Virus record (IMG/VR): IMGVR_UViG_3300009658_000598
Reading direction: 5' to 3' (one strand)
Length of the DNA stretch: 64,000 bases
Source of the DNA: an uncultured virus (IMG/VR IMGVR_UViG_3300009658_000598)
Taxonomy: Duplodnaviria; Heunggongvirae; Uroviricota; Caudoviricetes
Positions 58,401 to 64,000 of the stretch are shown here, piece by piece. Numbering within the stretch: position 1 is the stretch's first letter; each line of letters starts with the position of its first letter. The position numbers and the translations under genes are program-made. Below the pieces are notes generated by a model. The model was not told where the DNA came from. It did no database searches and saw only the letters and a program-made list of their open reading frames with translations.

Positions 58401-60503
58401 TTACTTAAAGAGCTTTGCCACACGTTCCGACACCGAGTGCTCCAGCTCCATAAACTTCGCCTCAAGCTCCTCGCTGGGTACTGGCTGCTGATATTTGTAG
58501 AAATAACGGGTGAAGGGGATTTCTGCACCAGTCTTAATGACAGGTTTTTTCTTTCCGAGGTCTTCTTCAAAGAAAGCTGCGGCATCTGGAATATGCGGCA
58601 GTACCTCACGAGCCATATAGTCCTCGATGCTCTCCTCCCACTTCACCAGTTCGGTGTCTTTGGTTTCTTTGTCGTAGATAATGTTACCCTTGCGGTCACG
58701 CTGAATTTCAGCATTTTTATCCATCACAGAAAGTCTGTCCGCAATCTTGTCGAGCAGTTTTTTATCAGCTGTTGCCGGAGCAAGTGTCTTAGTCAGTACG
58801 GGCATAAACTCTGCCGGTGAATTGTAGACCTGCTCTGAAATTGCAGCCTTCAGTGTAGCAATGATTGCGTCATAGACAGGCTTGTTGTTCTGATATGTTT
58901 CCAGCTTTTTCTGCTCCTTGCCGGTCAGTTTCTCGGCATTTTCCAGTTCATCCACCTTAGCCTGGTCATAAAGAGAAGAAAGCGCACCCTTGGACAGCAT
59001 GGCTTCGATACGCTCCTCCGTAATGGCATAGCTGCGCTGGAGAGGCTGCATGACCGTGTATTCACGATAAATGAACTCCTCGTTGTCGTAAATCTTGCAA
59101 TATTCGTTTTCTGTAAAGTCTGCATAGAGCCGTGTCACAGCACTGCGGTCTTCGGGAGAAATCTCGTTTTTCTTATCGCCCAGAGCTTTGCGCAGCTTGT
59201 GGAAGAAAGACGAAGCATCAATTAACTGAATCTTGCCCTTACGCTCATCACGCTTATTCTTGGAAAGCACCCAAATGTATGTAGCGATGCCGGTGTTATA
59301 AAACAGGTCGGTGGGCAGCGCAATGATTGCTTCAATCAAATCACTTTCTAACATCCAGCGGCGAATCTGGCTCTCTCCAGAAGCTGTGCCACCTGAGAAC
59401 AGCGGACTGCCGTTTTCAATGATAGCGGCACGACCAAAGTTGTCGTCCATTTTGTCGATGGCAGACTGTAAAAACAGCATCTGCATATCGCCGGAGCCGG
59501 GCAGACCTGCGCCCCAGCGACCATCAAAGCCTTTCTGGTATTCGGTGTTGACGGCATCCTCGACACCTTCAGCGGCATCTTTACCGCCCCACGCAGTGCC
59601 AAACGGTGGATTTTCAAGCACAAAGCGCATCTTGGTACCCTTAAAGCGGTCTGCTTTCATGGTGTCCTGATAGCAGATGTTTTCGGCATTCTGACCCTTG
59701 ATAAGCATTTCGGCAAGGCACATAGCGTAAGATTCCGGATTGATCTCCTGCCCGAACAGGCGCACATCCGCAGAAGGGTTATAACGCTTGATGAAATTGT
59801 ACCCGGTGGAGAGCATACCGCCAGTTCCGCAGGCCTGATCCAATATGGTGATGACCTTGCCATCATCGAAAATATCATCACAACCCTCGGCAAGCAGAAT
59901 GTTGACCATCAGCTTGATGATGTCGCGCCCGGTGTAGTGATCACCAGCCTCGGCATTTTCAGAAAACTTACGAATCAGTTCCTCGAAAATATATCCCATC
60001 TTCACATTGTCGATAGTGCGTGGATCAAGGTCAAGCTCAGAGAATGCCTTAATTACGGAAAGCAAACGGTTGTTCTTGTCCATCTTGTCGATTTCTTCAC
60101 CGAAGTTCAGACCACGCTCCTTGGACATCAGAATTTCCAGCACATTAGCAGAGAATCCCTGCAGATAACTCTTGAAATTGGCGGCAATATGGTCTGCGTC
60201 ATTTACAAGCTCCGCAAGGTCAAATTCACTGGTGTTGTAGAACTGGAAGCCGGAAATGCGGTACATTGCCTTTGCCGGGAAATTCGGATTTGCTTTGAAC
60301 TGCTCTACAACCTTCTGCTTTGTAGGTGCAAGCGCACACTCAAATCTGCGGATAATCGTCATCGGAATGATAACATCCTTATATTTATCGCTTCTATACG
60401 GTCCACGCAGTTTGTTTGCGATAGACCATATAAAGTTTACTTCTGTAGAAACATCAATAGGGGAATCATCCCACATTGCATCTATCATCTGTTTATCAGC
60501 CAT
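58401..60503 (-). CDS. hsdM: Type I methyltransferase subunit
   Basis: DQACGTGGML, ENPPF, FYNTGI. Confidence 0.93.
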   Translation of the reverse strand: MADKQMIDAMWDDSPIDVSTEVNFIWSIANKLRGPYRSDKYKDVIIPMTIIRRFECALAPTKQKVVEQFKANPNFPAKAMYRISGFQFYNTSEFDLAELVNDADHIAANFKSYLQGFSANVLEILMSKERGLNFGEEIDKMDKNNRLLSVIKAFSELDLDPRTIDNVKMGYIFEELIRKFSENAEAGDHYTGRDIIKLMVNILLAEGCDDIFDDGKVITILDQACGTGGMLSTGYNFIKRYNPSADVRLFGQEINPESYAMCLAEMLIKGQNAENICYQDTMKADRFKGTKMRFVLENPPFGTAWGGKDAAEGVEDAVNTEYQKGFDGRWGAGLPGSGDMQMLFLQSAIDKMDDNFGRAAIIENGSPLFSGGTASGESQIRRWMLESDLIEAIIALPTDLFYNTGIATYIWVLSKNKRDERKGKIQLIDASSFFHKLRKALGDKKNEISPEDRSAVTRLYADFTENEYCKIYDNEEFIYREYTVMQPLQRSYAITEERIEAMLSKGALSSLYDQAKVDELENAEKLTGKEQKKLETYQNNKPVYDAIIATLKAAISEQVYNSPAEFMPVLTKTLAPATADKKLLDKIADRLSVMDKNAEIQRDRKGNIIYDKETKDTELVKWEESIEDYMAREVLPHIPDAAAFFEEDLGKKKPVIKTGAEIPFTRYFYKYQQPVPSEELEAKFMELEHSVSERVAKLFK

Positions 60504-60573
60504 TGCTGTTTACCTCTCTTTTCGATTTTGTAATATCGGTTATTTTCATTATACCGTTTTATCTGTCCCATAA

Positions 60574-62868
60574 TTAGGCCTTGGTGCGTTGTCCGGTCAT
60601 CATTTTATAATGTTGACTCTGCCCAAGTGCATCGAAAATCATTTCGAATACACGCTTATAAGCCTCAACATCCTCGCAGTCCTCTACATAGTTCAGTCCA
60701 TCGCTGATGCCGTTCGGATTATTGATGTAGGCAAGCAGAGAAGAGGCAAGGTGATAGTCGGTCATATCCGGTTTTCCACCTTCAACTTGTTTAATGAATT
60801 TTTTCCGATTTTCTTCGTCCTCCAGTACGATAGAACGCAGGTCGCTGCCCTCATAACCGCAAAGCTGAAGGAAATAATATTCGAGAATTCGACGCATTAC
60901 ATTCAGTGCCGGAATTGTAGAACGAAGATCACGGAGTTCATCCCACAAAGCGGCATAGGAATTCTGCACAGGATTGTAGTTTTCTTCTTCGCTCGGAATG
61001 TTCTTGTTCTGGCGCTTGCAGATTTTCACAGTGGACACATTATCATTCTTACGAATCATATAGAACGAGGTGCAGTTATAGTAGCCAACCTGCTGATATG
61101 TAACCTCCCGATGGAAATAAACATTATGCGTCAGAATGAAGAGCTGTTTGATATAATCTCCCGTCACCTTCGGGTTTAGGTATTCTGTGTTATTTCGGCA
61201 AACATTGACCATTTCACGGGCGATAGCACTAACGATAAAAAGTGCCGTGCTGTCCATGCTGGAAACAGGGTCATCAATAACAACAATCTTTTCTTTCAGT
61301 TCTTCGCTGTTCATACTGCCGCGAACCCTGTGGTAAAAATACAGGAATGCTATAAAATTGCGTTCGCCTTCGCTAAGGTTTTCTGCTACATCGCCATTTT
61401 CACGGACAATCTCATAGACATTTTCTACACCTGCTTTAGCACGTATGCTGAATCCCTGGAAACCGGAATCTCGCAGGATCTTGTTAATGCTGTCGATGGC
61501 GGCTTCGGTATTGGCGTTGTGTTTATTGAGATCAGAGATTTCTGTTGTAATCTTTCCGATTTCTTTTTTGAGTGCAAAATCACGTTTGGTAATCTCTTCG
61601 ATTTCCTTGTTCAAACGTGCGACTTCGTCAGTGTAACTTTTTACCTCAGAAGCAAGCATAAAAGCGAGATGCTGCATAATCTCTGTTTTGCATTTTGTTT
61701 TGCTGCTTTTCTTGGCAGCAACAACATCGTTGTTTGCTTTGATCAGCTTGTTGATATCGTCAATCAGAGCACCAAGATCAAGGAGCAGTGTGTCCGTGTC
61801 TTCCAAAGAAACTGTTTTTGATGGTTCTTTCACTTTTTCGGCGATACGCTGACGGTTTACTTCGAACTTGCTTTCTAACAGAGTGAGCTTCTCCTGGTAC
61901 GCCTGCAAATCTATAGAAGTCATTACATCTGTGGTATTTTCCCGTAATGTATGCAGGATATTGGCAGTTTCTCTTTCATAGGTTGTCTGAAACTGCCCCA
62001 AATCACAGATGTCCTGCTGATACTGTGCATCGAACGTAGCCGCTATATCATTTTCAAAATCTTCTGGGAGCTTCTGCTGGCAGTATGGGCATTTCCCACC
62101 GGCAACACCTGAAAAGTGTGTATGGCCATCACGAACCCAGTCGGAAGCTTTGCTGCCGAGAGCTTTCAGGAAATTTGCAAATGGTGTGTCGCTGCTGCTG
62201 ACGATAATCTTGTCCAGTAATTCCTTGCCGGCAAGACTGCCATAGGTAGTAGCACCGGCTTTCTTGAATTCCGAATAGGCTCTTGCCGTATCATCAAAAG
62301 CGACATCATACAGTCGTTCTAATTCGGACAAATCAAACTCTTTCGGAGATTTCTCACCAAGAACAGCGTCTGCAAAACCTTTCTTCTGCTTTTTGCCATC
62401 CATACACTTTTCAAAACGCTTACGGATTTCTGCCGTCATAGAAAAGCAGTTGTCCTGGAACTGCGTCAGAGCTGCATTAACACCGGCGGTTTTCTGCTTG
62501 TAATCTTCACCGGCGGCATTCTTTGCATCTTCCTTTTTCTTCTTTTCGTCTGCCAATTCGTCAATTCTCTTCTTGGCTTCTACGTCTTCTTCACCAAATA
62601 TGAACACTCCTTTTAAGTCACCATAATTTACAAAGTTATCATTGATGTAATCCTGGTTATAAACAAGGACATCATAGTCCGCAGCCGACTTTCCGTCCGC
62701 CCAGACAATACCGTCATTTTCATCAATTGCGTGGGCAATGGATGATTTTCCCGCACCATTGTTTCCGTAAAAGAAGTTAACAAATGTAAGACCATCAACC
62801 TGAACATCCGTAAATGTTGCTCTATTGAGATTAATTTGCGTTATTGCGGAAGGAACTTTGCGTTTCAT
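60574..62868 (-). CDS. RloC-like ABC ATPase (AAA_13) with zinc hook and HEPN-like C-terminus
   Basis: GNNGAGKS, CPYC hook, LSEGE, IDDPVSS, LTHN, NVMRRILE. Confidence 0.85.
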   Translation of the reverse strand: MKRKVPSAITQINLNRATFTDVQVDGLTFVNFFYGNNGAGKSSIAHAIDENDGIVWADGKSAADYDVLVYNQDYINDNFVNYGDLKGVFIFGEEDVEAKKRIDELADEKKKKEDAKNAAGEDYKQKTAGVNAALTQFQDNCFSMTAEIRKRFEKCMDGKKQKKGFADAVLGEKSPKEFDLSELERLYDVAFDDTARAYSEFKKAGATTYGSLAGKELLDKIIVSSSDTPFANFLKALGSKASDWVRDGHTHFSGVAGGKCPYCQQKLPEDFENDIAATFDAQYQQDICDLGQFQTTYERETANILHTLRENTTDVMTSIDLQAYQEKLTLLESKFEVNRQRIAEKVKEPSKTVSLEDTDTLLLDLGALIDDINKLIKANNDVVAAKKSSKTKCKTEIMQHLAFMLASEVKSYTDEVARLNKEIEEITKRDFALKKEIGKITTEISDLNKHNANTEAAIDSINKILRDSGFQGFSIRAKAGVENVYEIVRENGDVAENLSEGERNFIAFLYFYHRVRGSMNSEELKEKIVVIDDPVSSMDSTALFIVSAIAREMVNVCRNNTEYLNPKVTGDYIKQLFILTHNVYFHREVTYQQVGYYNCTSFYMIRKNDNVSTVKICKRQNKNIPSEEENYNPVQNSYAALWDELRDLRSTIPALNVMRRILEYYFLQLCGYEGSDLRSIVLEDEENRKKFIKQVEGGKPDMTDYHLASSLLAYINNPNGISDGLNYVEDCEDVEAYKRVFEMIFDALGQSQHYKMMTGQRTKA

Positions 62869-62890
62869 TTATTTCACCATCCCATCTTTC

Positions 62891-63091
62891 TTATTCACTG
62901 ATTTTTCCGTTGCGAACCCATTCATCTACTTCGGAAATTTTAAATTTATATCGTTTTCCGGCCCGATAAACAGGGAGTTTACCTTCTTTAATCCAAGTAC
63001 GAACAGTATCTTGGCTGATGCTTAAATGTTCTGCTACATCATCCAGATTAACCCATTTTTCTGCTTGCATTTCTTCATATTCACGACTCAT
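62891..63091 (-). CDS. Excisionase-like HTH DNA-binding protein
   Basis: LDDVAEHLSISQDTVRTWIKEGKLP. Confidence 0.85.
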   Translation of the reverse strand: MSREYEEMQAEKWVNLDDVAEHLSISQDTVRTWIKEGKLPVYRAGKRYKFKISEVDEWVRNGKISE

Positions 63092-63121
63092 CGTGTTACC
63101 TCATCTTTCTAAGAGTTACGA

Positions 63122-63748
63122 TTAAAAAATCTGAATTCCAGCTTTCTGTAATGCTTCTTTAAGATTTATTTGTTTAAGTGCCCAATGTGTACGGTTAAGC
63201 TCATTAAATGATTTTGCACCACAAATGCCGAACTCAAATCCTTGTTCGTTCAGCATTTGCTGAGAAATCGCTGTAAAAATCCTGTAATAAATTTTAATCC
63301 CGTTATCTTGAATCTTTATATCTGTTATAAACCCTAAATAAGCATTTTGCTCGTCATCAGTTTTACCATATGAGTGATTTTCACCTGCAAAGATTGCCGG
63401 ATACCTTTTTAGCTCCTCAATAGCCTCTGAACTAAGAGTTGCATATTTACGCTTCAATTCATCATTAGTACTCTCTGTCAATGCTCTGTCTTTCGGAACC
63501 AAAAAATATGTATCTACGAACTCTTCATCTGCAATAACAAATAGGTGATAAAAATCCGTATTGAGAGTTACTCTGGTGCTATTCTCACCTCGTCTTGATC
63601 TTGGATCACTTAACATGATTGAGATGTTATTTTCAACTTTCTCAGCGTGTGCGACAAAGTTATTGTTATCCCCGGATATCGTAATTTCTGCTGTTTTTGC
63701 ATCCACCGGAACATTCCCTCTATTATTTATCAGAGAATTATCACTCAT
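63122..63748 (-). CDS. Hypothetical protein of the defence operon
   Basis: 208 aa, AT-rich, GGAGG RBS. Confidence 0.7.
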   Translation of the reverse strand: MSDNSLINNRGNVPVDAKTAEITISGDNNNFVAHAEKVENNISIMLSDPRSRRGENSTRVTLNTDFYHLFVIADEEFVDTYFLVPKDRALTESTNDELKRKYATLSSEAIEELKRYPAIFAGENHSYGKTDDEQNAYLGFITDIKIQDNGIKIYYRIFTAISQQMLNEQGFEFGICGAKSFNELNRTHWALKQINLKEALQKAGIQIF

Positions 63749-64000
63749 CCTGCTTGCCTCCGTTTCCTATTATCAATTTCTCTACATAATTGAATACATT
63801 ATTGTTGCTTCCTGAAATATTGAAATTATAGAAAACAGGATTATTATTTACTATCTGCTGTGATGATACAAATTGAGTATCTTTAATATCAGCACCACAG
63901 AAATATTCGTCCTCTATACATTCTTCTGTGGTTTCGTCATCCATCGCTTTCCTCACCTCAACTTGGTAGACCTGCAAGCCATCGAGCATTCCTTCGCCCA
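63741..64000 (-). CDS. Partial hypothetical protein (probably starts beyond the window)
   Basis: Frame open to the window edge and overlapping the next start. Confidence 0.55.
   Translation of the reverse strand, partial: GEGMLDGLQVYQVEVRKAMDDETTEECIEDEYFCGADIKDTQFVSSQQIVNNNPVFYNFNISGSNNNVFNYVEKLIIGNGGKQDE

Larger units (their letters stand above)
7435..64000 (-). mobile_element. Temperate siphovirus-type prophage with dual LSRs, PolA replication module and defence cargo (right end outside the window)
   Basis: Complete recombinase-lysis-tail-head-packaging-replication gene order; left boundary inferred from the recombinase truncation; membership of the 50-64 kb defence island is inferred from contiguity. 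Confidence 0.85.

Overview
The window is Firmicutes (Ruminococcus/Clostridia-like) DNA. Bases 1-5.7 kb are a GC-richer segment with an HNH restriction endonuclease, two beta-class amino-methyltransferases, and a P-loop kinase plus Nudix operon. A large serine recombinase (LSR) gene at 5788-7431 has lost its 5' end, apparently because a prophage inserted there. That apparently intact siphovirus-type prophage runs from about 7435 and probably past the right edge. It carries two LSRs, a lysis cassette, tail and HK97-type head genes, two antisense morons, and terL separated from terS by about 8 kb of methyltransferases and small promoter-driven cassettes. It also has HNH/cos, a late activator, SNF2, VRR-NUC and primase genes, a divergent DUF2800/DUF2815/PolA module, and a defence island (RloC-like ABC ATPase, Type I RM, McrBC). 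Five non-obvious signals stand out. (1) An overprinted +1-frame gene with its own RBS lies inside the phage C5 methyltransferase. (2) Five sigmaA-type promoter units carry a helically phased TTGTG motif, and two of them adjoin homologous ~94-nt structured elements. (3) A perfectly conserved AAAACGGAA-N14-AATACATA motif occurs in four copies, ahead of both the replication and recombinase operons. (4) The prophage integrated into the coding motif of another element's recombinase. (5) One cassette encodes a very acidic protein that could be a DNA mimic. Family calls come from motif recognition only; no searches were run.
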